From: Alphaproteobacteria bacterium
GTDB lineage: Bacteria; Pseudomonadota; Alphaproteobacteria; MPNO01
Length of the DNA stretch: 64,000 bases
Direction: 5' to 3'
NCBI GenBank assembly: GCA_964291675.2
Contig: OZ219866.1
Coordinates: forward strand, 288,001 to 352,000
The position numbers and the translations under genes were made by a program. Position 1 is the stretch's first letter, and every line of letters starts with the position of its first letter. Under the pieces are notes generated by a model. It had not been told where the DNA came from, did not search any database, and saw only the letters and a program-made list of their open reading frames with translations. Shown here in pieces: positions 40,421 to 49,925 of this stretch.

Positions 40421-41452
40421 ATGGCCGAGGTTAGCATGATCGGGATCGATCTTTCGAAGCGGAGTTTTCAGCTGCACGGGATGTGCGCGGACGGCTCGGT
40501 GGGTTTCCGCCGGACGCTGAGCCGCGGCAGGCTGCTCGCCTTTCTGGCGCGTCAGCCGCGCTGCGTGGTGGCGATGGAGGCGTGCGGGGGCGCGCATCAC
40601 TGGGGTCGCGAGATCCTCGATCTGGGCCATGAGGTGCGGCTGGTGCCGCCGGTCTATGTGAAGCCCTTCGTGAAGCGCCAGAAGAACGATGCGGCGGATG
40701 CGGCGGCGATCTGCGAGGCGGCGTCGCGGCCGACCATGAGCCTGGTTGCGGTGAAGACGGCCGAGCAGCAGAGCCGCGGCATGCTGTTCCGGGTGCGCGA
40801 TCTCCTGGTGCGCCAGCGCACCCAGGCGCTCGACGCGCTGCGCGGCCATCTGGCGGAGTTCGGGCTGGTGGCGCCGAAGGGTCCGGCGAGTGTCGGCAAG
40901 CTCGCGGTGGCGCTGGAGGCTGCGCGGGCCGGTCTGCCGGACCGGGTGGGCGAGCTCGCCGGGGTGCTGCTGGAGCAGATCGCCGGGCTGGACGAACAGG
41001 TCGCCGAGCTCGACAAGGAGCTGCGCGCCGAGGCGCGGCGGGATGCGGATGCGCGCCGGCTGATGACCATACCGGGGGTCGGGCCGGTCACCGCGATGGC
41101 GATCCAGGCCTTCGCGCCGCCGCTCGACGGGTTCCGCCGCGGGCGCGACTTCTCGGCCTGGCTCGGGCTGGTGCCGCGCCAGCACACGACGGCCGGCAAG
41201 CCGCGGCTGGGCAGGATATCGAAGATGGGCCAGCGCGATCTCAGGCGGCTCCTGGTGCTCGGCGCCATGTCGGTGGTCCGCAGCGCCGGGCGCCACGACA
41301 CGGTGCGCGACCCGTGGCTGGCCGGGATGCTGGCCACCAGGAAGCCGAAGAAGCTGATCGCCGTGGCGCTGGCCAACCGCACCGCGCGCATCGCCTGGGC
41401 GATGACCACGAGACAGCAGAGCTACCGGGCGCCCGCGCCGAACACCGCCTGA
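40421..41452 (+). CDS. IS110 family recombinase/transposase
   Basis: DEDD RuvC-like motifs IGIDLSK, MEACG, KNDAADA; C-terminal IPGVGP, WLGLVP, RISKMG. Confidence 0.95.
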   Translation: MAEVSMIGIDLSKRSFQLHGMCADGSVGFRRTLSRGRLLAFLARQPRCVVAMEACGGAHHWGREILDLGHEVRLVPPVYVKPFVKRQKNDAADAAAICEAASRPTMSLVAVKTAEQQSRGMLFRVRDLLVRQRTQALDALRGHLAEFGLVAPKGPASVGKLAVALEAARAGLPDRVGELAGVLLEQIAGLDEQVAELDKELRAEARRDADARRLMTIPGVGPVTAMAIQAFAPPLDGFRRGRDFSAWLGLVPRQHTTAGKPRLGRISKMGQRDLRRLLVLGAMSVVRSAGRHDTVRDPWLAGMLATRKPKKLIAVALANRTARIAWAMTTRQQSYRAPAPNTA

Positions 41453-41700
41453 GCGCGGCGGATGCGGGCCGCCGTCGGCAGTGCGGGCGAGGTCTGAGGA
41501 CGGGTAAGGACAAACGGTCGATGAGACGGGATCGGGAAAACCAGTTTGATCCGGCGCGCCGAAGAGCACGCGTGCCCGATTTGGACCCGATCCGCGTATG
41601 CCATACAGGCCCGCGGCGCCGCATAGGCCGCAAGCAGAGGCCGCATAGACGACAGCACCTGACCGCACTGTCCGAACCGTTCGAAAAAAACCTTGCACCG
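41453..41700 (+). ncRNA. Putative bridge/seek RNA of the IS1111-type element
   Basis: Stem GGATCGGG/CCCGATCC enclosing TTGATCCG (41546-41553) and GTGCCCG (41572-41578), matching the target; CATAGACGA (41644-41652) matches the circle junction; RNA ends unknown. Confidence 0.8.
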
Positions 41701-41786
41701 CCGGGGGCGTCCATAGACGGATCAAGTCCGGGCATGACGATCGGGGGCCATGACGGGTTGCGGGAAGGGCGCGGCCGGAGGGGCCG

Positions 41787-42740
41787 CTACGCGGGATCAG
41801 GGGCGGGCGACCGGTGCGTTTGCCGCGCGGCTTCGCCGCGCACCCAGTCGCGGAACGCCCTGACCCCGGGCCGCTCCAGCGCGCCGGGCGCGGTGCAGAG
41901 CACGTAGGAGGCGGGCGCGGGAACGCCGCTGCCGAAGAGCGGAACCAGAGCCCCCCGTTCGAGCTCGTCGGCGATCATCCTGGCATGGCCGAGGGCGACC
42001 CCCATGCCCTCGACCGCCGCCCGCACGGTCATGCTGTGCGACTGGAAGCCGGAGGCGAGGGAGAGGTCGGCCGGGGCCGCGCCGTGATGCGCGAACCAGT
42101 ACGCCCAGTGGGGCGCCCAGCCGAGGTCGTAGAGCAGCGGCCAGCGGTGCAGGTCGTGCGGCTCCGCGGGGCGGGCGTGCCGGCGCAGCAGCGCCGGACT
42201 GCATACCGGAACCAGCGTCTCCTCGAACAGCGTCTCGCAATCGGGGGCCGCGTCGACCCGGTCGGTGAAGGCGATCCACGCATCGAAGTCCCGCTGCGCC
42301 GGGGCGAAGGCGCCGCGGTCGGTCTCCACCTCGACGGCCAGATGGGGGTGGGCGGCCTTGAAGCCGGGCAGCCGCGGCGTCAGCCATTTCTCCGCCACCA
42401 CCTCGACCGCGACGAGCTTGAGCCGTGGCTCCCGGCCGCCGTTGCGCAGCCGGGCGTTGGCCTGGCGCAGACCGGTCAGCAGGCGCCGAACGTCCTCCAG
42501 ATAGGCCTCGCCCTCGGCGGTCAGCCGAACGCCCTGGCTGTGACGGGTGAACAGCGCTACGTCGAGACACCGCTCCAGGCACTTGACGCGATAGGCGATG
42601 GCGGCCGCGGTGATGCCGAACTCCGAGCCGGCCGCGACGAAGCTCCCGAGGCGCGCCGCCGCTTCGAAGAAGGGCAGCGTATCCAGCACGCGCGAATCGG
42701 GCGGTTGCGTCTTCGGCGGGATCTGCGAGGGGCCGTGCAA
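41787..42740 (-). CDS. LysR family regulator (GcvA-like)
   Basis: FEAAARLGSF HTH, LFTR..VRLTAEG, substrate-binding domain; start uncertain. Confidence 0.9.
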   Translation of the reverse strand: MHGPSQIPPKTQPPDSRVLDTLPFFEAAARLGSFVAAGSEFGITAAAIAYRVKCLERCLDVALFTRHSQGVRLTAEGEAYLEDVRRLLTGLRQANARLRNGGREPRLKLVAVEVVAEKWLTPRLPGFKAAHPHLAVEVETDRGAFAPAQRDFDAWIAFTDRVDAAPDCETLFEETLVPVCSPALLRRHARPAEPHDLHRWPLLYDLGWAPHWAYWFAHHGAAPADLSLASGFQSHSMTVRAAVEGMGVALGHARMIADELERGALVPLFGSGVPAPASYVLCTAPGALERPGVRAFRDWVRGEAARQTHRSPAPDPA

Positions 42741-42996
42741 GGCTCTGGCCTCCGGACCATGGCGGAAAGCCGGGACAGCCGCCGCCCTGCCGCGGCGGCG
42801 AGTAGCCCGACCGAATATATCGATAAGATCATGTTAACATTTTTTTTGCGCATGATACAGGCCCTCGCATGTCGCAGCCGCCGCCATTGCCGGCCGGGCG
42901 CCTTGACGCGGGCCTCGTCAACGGTAATTTTGGGGAGAGGCCTCAGGTCGCCGCGCATTGCGGCCGGGAGCAGGGGTTGGCGCCCGAAACGCGCAG

Positions 42997-43071
42997 GCGG
43001 GTGTAGTTCAGCGGTAGAACGTCAGCTTCCCAAGCTGAATGTCAGGGGTTCGACTCCCCTCACCCGCTCCA
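42997..43071 (+). tRNA. tRNA-Gly(CCC)
   Basis: Acceptor GCGGGTG/CACCCGC, anticodon arm TCAGC-ttCCCaa-GCTGA, GTTCGA, encoded CCA. Confidence 0.97.
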
Positions 43072-43088
43072 CCCCTCCGGCGGCGGCC

Positions 43089-44534
43089 TCACCTGAGATA
43101 GCCGGGCAGCCAGGTCGCGACCTCGGGCGCGGCGATCAGCAGCACCAGCACCGCGAGCTCGATCAGGATGAACGGCATGGCCGACATCACCACCTGCCCC
43201 AGGGTGACGCTGAACGGCGCCACCCCCTTCATCACGTAGAGCAGCAGCCCGAAAGGCGGGGTGAGCAGGCTGATCTCCATGGTGATCAGCATGAGGACCA
43301 TCAGCCAGATCACGTCGATGTCGAACACCGCCTGGAGCGACTGCGCGCCGAGCAGGAAGAAGGGCAGCGTGAGAAGCAGCATGCTCACCTGGTCCATGAA
43401 GGCGCCGAGGAACAAGAGTACCGCCATCATGATGATCACCACGGCGAGCGGCGTGAGCTGCATCGCGGTGACCGCCCGCAGCAGCCCGTCGGTGGCGCCG
43501 GAGTTGGACAGCGCCTGGCTGAACACCAGCGAGCCGGCGATGATGAACAGGATCATCACGTTGATCTTGGCGGTCTCCATCAGCGACTTGGCGATCGCCC
43601 GCCAGCCGAAATCGGCGCCCTCGATGCCGGTGACGGTCACGGTGCGCCGGAACAGGCGGAAGAAGTAGCAGGCGGCGAGCGCGGCGAGGCAGCCGAGCGC
43701 CGCCGCCTCGGTGGGGGCGGCGATCTTGAAGAAGATGCTGCCGACGACGACCACGAAGATGATCATCAGCGGCAGAATGTAGAGCAGGAAGGGCAGTACC
43801 CGGTTGACCGCCTGGCGGTGGCGCCCGGCATAGGTCCACGACCAACGGGTCCTGCCCGCGAGGTTGAGCGAGACCGTCACCGGTGCGTCGAGCGCGCTGG
43901 TGTCCGGCGTATAGGCCGGCGCGAGCTCGGGGTTGATCGTGCAGCGCCCCACCACGTAGGCGAAGAACAGGGCGGCCATCAGGATGCCGGGGACGATGCC
44001 GGCGATCAGCAGCAGCGCCACCGACTGCTCGGCCAGGCTCGCCAGCAGCACCGCGAGCGCCGACGGCGGGATCAGCATGGCGATGCCGCCGACCGCCATG
44101 ATCGGCCCCATGGAGATCGAGGGCTGGTAGCCGCGCTTGACCATGTCGGGCAGCAGCACCGAGCCCAGGATCGCGGTGTTGGCGATGGTCGAGCCCGACA
44201 GCGAGGAGAAGATCGTCCCGCCGACGATGGAGACCACCGACAGCCTGCCGGGCACGCGGGCGATCATCCGGTCGATCGCGCCGATCGCCTTGAAGGCGAC
44301 GCCGGTCTGCAACAGGATCTCGCCCATCAGCAGGAACAGAGGGATCGGCGCGAGGGTGAACTTGATCGCGTTGTGGAACTCGGCCGGCATGAAGACCAGC
44401 CCGATATCGCCGTTGATGAACAGGAAGGTGCCGAGCACGTTGGCGGCGAAGAAGGCGAGCGCCACCGGCATGCCGAGGAACATCGCGGTGCACACCGTGC
44501 CGAGCAGCAGGATGAAGGCCCAGTACCACTCCAT
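43089..44534 (-). CDS. TRAP large permease (DctM)
   Basis: PIPLFLLMGE, AMLIPPS, SLLTPPFG. Confidence 0.93.
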   Translation of the reverse strand: MEWYWAFILLLGTVCTAMFLGMPVALAFFAANVLGTFLFINGDIGLVFMPAEFHNAIKFTLAPIPLFLLMGEILLQTGVAFKAIGAIDRMIARVPGRLSVVSIVGGTIFSSLSGSTIANTAILGSVLLPDMVKRGYQPSISMGPIMAVGGIAMLIPPSALAVLLASLAEQSVALLLIAGIVPGILMAALFFAYVVGRCTINPELAPAYTPDTSALDAPVTVSLNLAGRTRWSWTYAGRHRQAVNRVLPFLLYILPLMIIFVVVVGSIFFKIAAPTEAAALGCLAALAACYFFRLFRRTVTVTGIEGADFGWRAIAKSLMETAKINVMILFIIAGSLVFSQALSNSGATDGLLRAVTAMQLTPLAVVIIMMAVLLFLGAFMDQVSMLLLTLPFFLLGAQSLQAVFDIDVIWLMVLMLITMEISLLTPPFGLLLYVMKGVAPFSVTLGQVVMSAMPFILIELAVLVLLIAAPEVATWLPGYLR

Positions 44535-44537
44535 CGC

Positions 44538-45068
44538 TCAGAACCCCGACCCGGCGGCCGGGTCCTTGTCCGCTTCCAGGGCTTCCGGCGCGCGGCGGAA
44601 GCGCAGCGCGAACTCGATCGCCAGCAGCAGGAAGGACAGCGCGAAGACCGCCATCATGTACCAGTTCTCGATCCTGAGATCCTTGTCCGGCAGGGTGCCG
44701 TCCTGGAATTCGAGCAGCGCGAGCCGCAGCCCGTAGACGCAGAGCAGCAGGCAGAGCAGCACCCCCGCCACGTCCAGCACCTTCTCCAGCCGGGCGGCGG
44801 CGGCCTTGGGGAGCGCCGCGGTCACCACGTCGACGCGGATATGCGCGCCCTGGCGCAGCACCCAGGGCGCGCCGATGAACACGCCGACATAGAGCGCGTA
44901 CTCGACCGCCTCGAACAGCCAGGGAAGGGTGCCCCACTCCGCCTTGACGAGGAAGAGGTTGAGCGGGATGAGCACCGCGAACAGCCCGACCGAGACGGCG
45001 ACCAGCACCGCCAGCCACTCGACGAAGCGCGCGAACGCCGCTTCGAATGCGTCGATCCGGCTTGCCAT
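44538..45068 (-). CDS. TRAP small permease (DctQ)
   Basis: Four TM segments, GAHIRVD. Confidence 0.9.
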   Translation of the reverse strand: MASRIDAFEAAFARFVEWLAVLVAVSVGLFAVLIPLNLFLVKAEWGTLPWLFEAVEYALYVGVFIGAPWVLRQGAHIRVDVVTAALPKAAAARLEKVLDVAGVLLCLLLCVYGLRLALLEFQDGTLPDKDLRIENWYMMAVFALSFLLLAIEFALRFRRAPEALEADKDPAAGSGF

Positions 45069-45153
45069 GGCGCGCCGCGCGGTCGTCCGGCCGGGGGGTG
45101 GGCGGAAACCCGCGTGACGCGCCGGCTCCCGCCCTCGACTCCCGTGTCGGCCG

Positions 45154-46140
45154 CTACTTGGTGAACAGCGCCCTGAGCTTGGGGCCGTGCTCCGGGCTGC
45201 GTTCGATCACCTGCGCCCAGGCCGCGTCATTGGCGGTCTTGACCCACTTCTCGCCCTCGGCGCCGGTGAAGGTGATGGTCTTCAGCCCCTCGCTCGCCAT
45301 CCAGTCGAGCTGCTTCTTCTGCCTCGCCTTGAACTTGGGTCCGCTGGTCTCCGCGTCGACCTCGAAGGCGAGCCCGATCTTCTCGATGATGTCGCGCGCG
45401 GCCTGCGGCGTCTTCTTCCACGCCCTGAGATTGGCCAGCGTGTGCAGCGTGGCGAGGTAGAAGCCGGGATCGACCCGGTACTTGGTCACCTTGATCCACG
45501 CCGGCACCCAGCCCACCGCCGGCCACCCGAAGCCCTGGACGGTGTTGTTCTCCATGTAGGTGTAGACCTGGGCGATGTTGGAGAGCTGGGTGGTCGCGCC
45601 AAGCGCCTTGAAGAACGGCGTGTAGACCGGCGACACGCGAAGATGGAGGCCGGTCAGATCGGGCTTGTCGATCGGCTTCGACAGCCACAAATGGAACGGA
45701 CCGTTGTCGTCGTGCCGGGCGATGAACTGGATGTTCTTCTTCGCCAGCAGCTGTTGAGCGTAGTCGAGCGCACCGTTCTTGCGCAGCTCCGCATAGGTCA
45801 TGTTGCTGAGCCGGAATACCGGCGCCTCGGGCAGCACGTTGCCGAAATAGGCCTCCGTGCAGCCCACCATGTCGTAGGCGCCCCGCGCCATCTTCTGGGT
45901 CAGGGTGAACGGGCTGCCGATCGCCGGCGCGCCGCCCTTGAGGTCGATCTTGACGGTATCGCCGCCCTGGGCGTTGATCTCCTTGACCAGCGCCTCGAAG
46001 GACCGGCTGGGCGGGCTCCCGATCGGGAAGCAGCTCGCCGCGGTCAGCGTCGTCGCGGCGGATGCGGGCATCGTCGAGCCGCCGAGCGCGGCGGCCGCGG
46101 CAAGGACGGCCGCGCACGCGAATTCAATACGCCTGGTCAT
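45154..46140 (-). CDS. TRAP solute-binding protein (DctP)
   Basis: Signal peptide, DLTGLHLRVSP; operon with dctQM. Confidence 0.88.
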   Translation of the reverse strand: MTRRIEFACAAVLAAAAALGGSTMPASAATTLTAASCFPIGSPPSRSFEALVKEINAQGGDTVKIDLKGGAPAIGSPFTLTQKMARGAYDMVGCTEAYFGNVLPEAPVFRLSNMTYAELRKNGALDYAQQLLAKKNIQFIARHDDNGPFHLWLSKPIDKPDLTGLHLRVSPVYTPFFKALGATTQLSNIAQVYTYMENNTVQGFGWPAVGWVPAWIKVTKYRVDPGFYLATLHTLANLRAWKKTPQAARDIIEKIGLAFEVDAETSGPKFKARQKKQLDWMASEGLKTITFTGAEGEKWVKTANDAAWAQVIERSPEHGPKLRALFTK

Positions 46141-46250
46141 GTCGATCGTCTCCCTGTTCGTCTCCCCGCCGGTCCTGCCGGCGGCCGGTCGGCGGAGTCT
46201 ATAGCCTATCCGGTCCGGTTGGAACCGCGGCGGAATTCCGCCCTTCGATA

Positions 46251-46585
46251 GGGGCTTATCCAGATTACTTGACGGAGCGGGGGCCGGGCGTCACGGGGGG
46301 CGGCGCGCCCGCCGGCGATCCCCGGCGTCGCGCCCGAACGTCGGAACGCTCGCCATGCCTCCCCACCTCGTCATGCACCCCCCGTCATGCCCGGACTTGA
46401 TCCGGGCACCCATGCGGCCTATCGGCGCGCACGGCGGGCCGTGGGGAGGCGTGGCGGCGCCGGTGGGTGGCCGGATCAAGTCCGGCCATGGGTGCCCGAA
46501 TCACCCCCGGACTCGATCCGGGGGCCGGGCATGACGGAAGAAGTGTCGTTGGCGTCCCGCCCGGCAAGTATTCGGTATAAGCCCC
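46251..46585. mobile_element. MITE with GGGGCTTAT terminal inverted repeats and 8-bp target duplication CTTCGATA
   Basis: GGGGCTTAT 46251-46259 and ATAAGCCCC 46577-46585, imperfect pairing to about 30 bp; CTTCGATA at 46243-46250 and 46586-46593. Confidence 0.8.
46369..46535. repeat. Family A REP-like element (uninterrupted) inside the MITE
   Basis: cgtcatgcccggacttgatccgggcacccatgc..ccggatcaagtccggccatg..gccgggcatgacg. Confidence 0.85.
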
Positions 46586-46641
46586 CTTCGATACGCCCCG
46601 GCTCGGGTCCGGGGCTTGTTCCGGGGCGTATCGAAGGGCGG
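46586..46641. repeat. Family B REP hairpin (left arm tip displaced to 46238-46250 by the MITE)
   Basis: cttcgatacgccccgg..ccggggcgtatcgaagggcgg. Confidence 0.8.
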
Positions 46642-46642
46642 C

Positions 46643-47352
<710 letters not shown>

Positions 47353-47356
<4 letters not shown>

Positions 47357-48084
47357 TCCCGGACGCGCCCGAGATAGGCCTCGATCACCGTCGGGTCGGC
47401 GGCGATCTCGCCGGGCGGCCCCTCGGCGATCTTGACCCCGTGATGCAGCACGACGAGGCGCTCGCAGAGCCGCATCAGCGCCCGCATGACGTGCTCGATG
47501 ACGACGACGGTGAGGCCGTGGCGCTCCTTGAGCCCGACGATCATCTCCAGCGCGTCCGACACCTCGGCCGGGGTGAGGCCGGCCATCACCTCGTCGAGCA
47601 GCAGCAGCCGGGGCCTGGTGGCGAGCGCCCGGGCGATCTCCAGGCGCTTGCGCCCGGCGAGCGTCAGCGTGCCGGCCGGGTCGGCGGCGCGCGCGGCGAG
47701 CCCGACCTCTTCCAGCACCTGCATCGCAAGCTGCCCGGCGGCGCGCGGCGAGCGCTCGCGCCCGCTGCCGAACAGCGCGCCGACGGCCACGTTCTCGCGC
47801 ACGCTGAGCCCGGCGAAGGGGCGGACGATCTGGAACGCGCGCGCGATGCCGAGCCGGTTGACCCGGTCGGGGCGGAGCCCGTCGATGCGCCGGCCGCGGA
47901 AGCGGATCTCGCCCGCGCCCGGGCGCAGATTGCCGGCGATCAGCCCGAACAATGTGGTCTTGCCGGCGCCGTTGGCGCCCATCAGGCCGAGGATCTCGCC
48001 CTCCTCGACCGCCATGTCCATCGAATCGACCGCGACCACCCCGCCGAAGCGGCGCCCCACCCCGCTGAGCTCCAGGAGGCTCAT
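47353..48084 (-). CDS. Branched-chain-type ABC ATPase (LivG-like)
   Basis: GANGAGKT, LLLDEVMAGL, VIEAYLG. Confidence 0.93.
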
Positions 48085-48989
48085 CCGCGCGCCCGCCGCC
48101 AGGCCGCGATCCGGCCGTGGATCCCGTCCGGCACCCCGAGCACGAAGGCGACCAGCAGCGCGCCGAGCAGGATCATGTAGATCTCGGGCCAGTTGGCCCA
48201 CAGCATCTCCTGCAACAGCACCAGGAACAGCGCGCCGAGGACCGGCCCGGGCACGTCGTCGCCGCCGCCGATGATGGCGATCGAGACGATGGTGAACGAG
48301 GTGATCGGGTTGAACAGGTCGAGCGGCTCGAAATAGGTCGTCCGCATCACCATCGCCGCGCCGACCATGCCGGGGACCACCGCCGACAGGGCGAAGGCGA
48401 GCACCTTGTAGCGCGCCACGTCGATACCGAGCGTCTCGGCGGCCTCCTCGTTCTCGCGGATGGCGCGCAGCCCGGCGCCGAAGCGCGAGCGCCGCACCGC
48501 ATAGGTGATCGCCGCCGAGGCGGCGGCAAGCGCCAGCACGACATAGAAGATCTCGGCGAGCCCCGGCCCGCCGAACAGCAGCCTGCCGAACTGGCCGAGC
48601 GCGGCCTCGATGTTGATGACGACGAACTTGACCAGCTCGGCCAGGCCGAAGGTGAGGATCACGAAATAGGGCCCCCGCACCCGGAGGCAGGGATAGCCGA
48701 CGACCAGCGCGAGCAGCCCGGTCGCCGCGCCGGCGACGATCACCGAGGCCCAGAACGGCAGCGAGCCGAAGCACAGCACCATCGCATAGGCGCCGGCGCC
48801 GAAGAACACCGCGTGGCCGAGCGAGACATAGCCGGTCATCGCCGACAGCACGACCCAGCTCTGGGTGAGCGCGATCCACATCAGGAGGTTGAGCGCGACG
48901 CCGATCGCGTAATCCCCGCCGAGAAACGGGACCAGGGCGAAGGCGGCGGCGAATGCGGCCAGCAGGGCGGCGAAGCAAGGCGGGGTCAC
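48081..48989 (-). CDS. ABC permease (LivM-like)
   Basis: GYVSLGHAVFFGAGAY, GLRAIRENEEAA. Confidence 0.92.
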   Translation of the reverse strand: MTPPCFAALLAAFAAAFALVPFLGGDYAIGVALNLLMWIALTQSWVVLSAMTGYVSLGHAVFFGAGAYAMVLCFGSLPFWASVIVAGAATGLLALVVGYPCLRVRGPYFVILTFGLAELVKFVVINIEAALGQFGRLLFGGPGLAEIFYVVLALAAASAAITYAVRRSRFGAGLRAIRENEEAAETLGIDVARYKVLAFALSAVVPGMVGAAMVMRTTYFEPLDLFNPITSFTIVSIAIIGGGDDVPGPVLGALFLVLLQEMLWANWPEIYMILLGALLVAFVLGVPDGIHGRIAAWRRARG

Positions 48990-49876
48990 CGCACCACGCT
49001 CCTGCGGCCGAACAGCCCCTGGGGGCGCCATACCAGGATCGCGATGAACACGCCGTAGATCAGGATCGAGCGCATGCTGGCGCTGGTGAGCGCCACGCCA
49101 TAGACCTCGATCGCGGCGAGCACCGCGGCGCCGGCGAGCCCGCCCGCGATATTCCCGAGCCCGCCCAGGATGATCACGATGAAGGCGGCGATGGTGAAGG
49201 GGAAGCCCATGAAGGGCGAGACCTGCTCGATCATCGAGATCAGGCAGCCGGCGACGCCGGCGATGGCGAAGCCGAGCGCGAAGGCGACGGTCCGCATGCG
49301 CTCGACGTCGACGCCGACGAGATGCGCCGCGTCGGGCTGCTCGATCAGCGCGCGGATCGCGAGCCCGGTGCTCGACAGGCGGAAGAACAGGATCGCGGCG
49401 AGGCAGAGCGCGAGCCCGATGCCGAGCACGACGAGCCGGTCCGCCGTCACCTGGAAGGCGCCGATGCGCACGATGTCGTCGAGATAGGGGTAGGCGCGGG
49501 CGGTCGCGGTGAAGGAGAGCGCGATCGCGTTCTGCAGGACGATCGAGACGCCGAACAGGACGAGCAGCGAGTTGGCCTCGATCTGCTCGATCAGCCGCGC
49601 CGAGCGCAGCACCCGGCGGCACAGCGTGCGATAGACCGCGGCGCCGAACGCGCCGGCCAGCACCAGAGCGAGGAACATCGACCACACCGGCCCGACCCCG
49701 GTCAGGGTGAAGCACCAATAGGCGAGATAGCCGCCCAGCATCAGGATCTCGCCATGCGCCACGTTGAGCAGCCGCATGGTGCCGTAGATCAGGTTGAGGC
49801 CGAGCGCGACCAGCCCGTAGATCCCCGCCAGCACCAGGGCGGCGATCAGCAACTGGCCGGAGAGCAGGTCGGCCAT
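48986..49876 (-). CDS. ABC permease (LivH-like)
   Basis: ALGLNLIYG..NVAHGE, ILGGLG. Confidence 0.92.
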   Translation of the reverse strand: MADLLSGQLLIAALVLAGIYGLVALGLNLIYGTMRLLNVAHGEILMLGGYLAYWCFTLTGVGPVWSMFLALVLAGAFGAAVYRTLCRRVLRSARLIEQIEANSLLVLFGVSIVLQNAIALSFTATARAYPYLDDIVRIGAFQVTADRLVVLGIGLALCLAAILFFRLSSTGLAIRALIEQPDAAHLVGVDVERMRTVAFALGFAIAGVAGCLISMIEQVSPFMGFPFTIAAFIVIILGGLGNIAGGLAGAAVLAAIEVYGVALTSASMRSILIYGVFIAILVWRPQGLFGRRSVVR

Positions 49877-49925
49877 CGCCGTCTCCCGGCCGCGCGGCGG
49901 GGCGCGTCGCGGGCGGGCGCGGGCG

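Larger units (their letters stand above)
40340..41719 (+). mobile_element. IS110 family, IS1111-type element with subterminal inverted repeats and CG core
   Basis: TGGACGCCCCC at 40348-40358 and reverse complement at 41703-41713; CG at 40340-40341 and 41718-41719; removal restores GTGCC-CG-GATCAAGTCC. Confidence 0.92.
40234..41755. repeat. Family A REP-like element interrupted by the IS110 element
   Basis: Left arm cgtcatgcccggacttgatccg (40251-40272) pairs with right arm cggatcaagtccgggcatgacg (41718-41739); uninterrupted relative at 46369-46489. Confidence 0.88.

Noticed and set aside
42997-43090. tRNA-anchored genomic island at tRNA-Gly, tRNA-Thr or tRNA-Ser
   Set aside because: No integrase or duplicated tRNA 3' end seen in the window
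41814-45164. 1116-aa plus-strand ORF
   Set aside because: Antisense to LysR and TRAP genes and runs through tRNA-Gly
46240-46640. Possible CRISPR array among clustered repeats
   Set aside because: Repeats are nested palindromes without regular repeat-spacer period; no cas genes in the window
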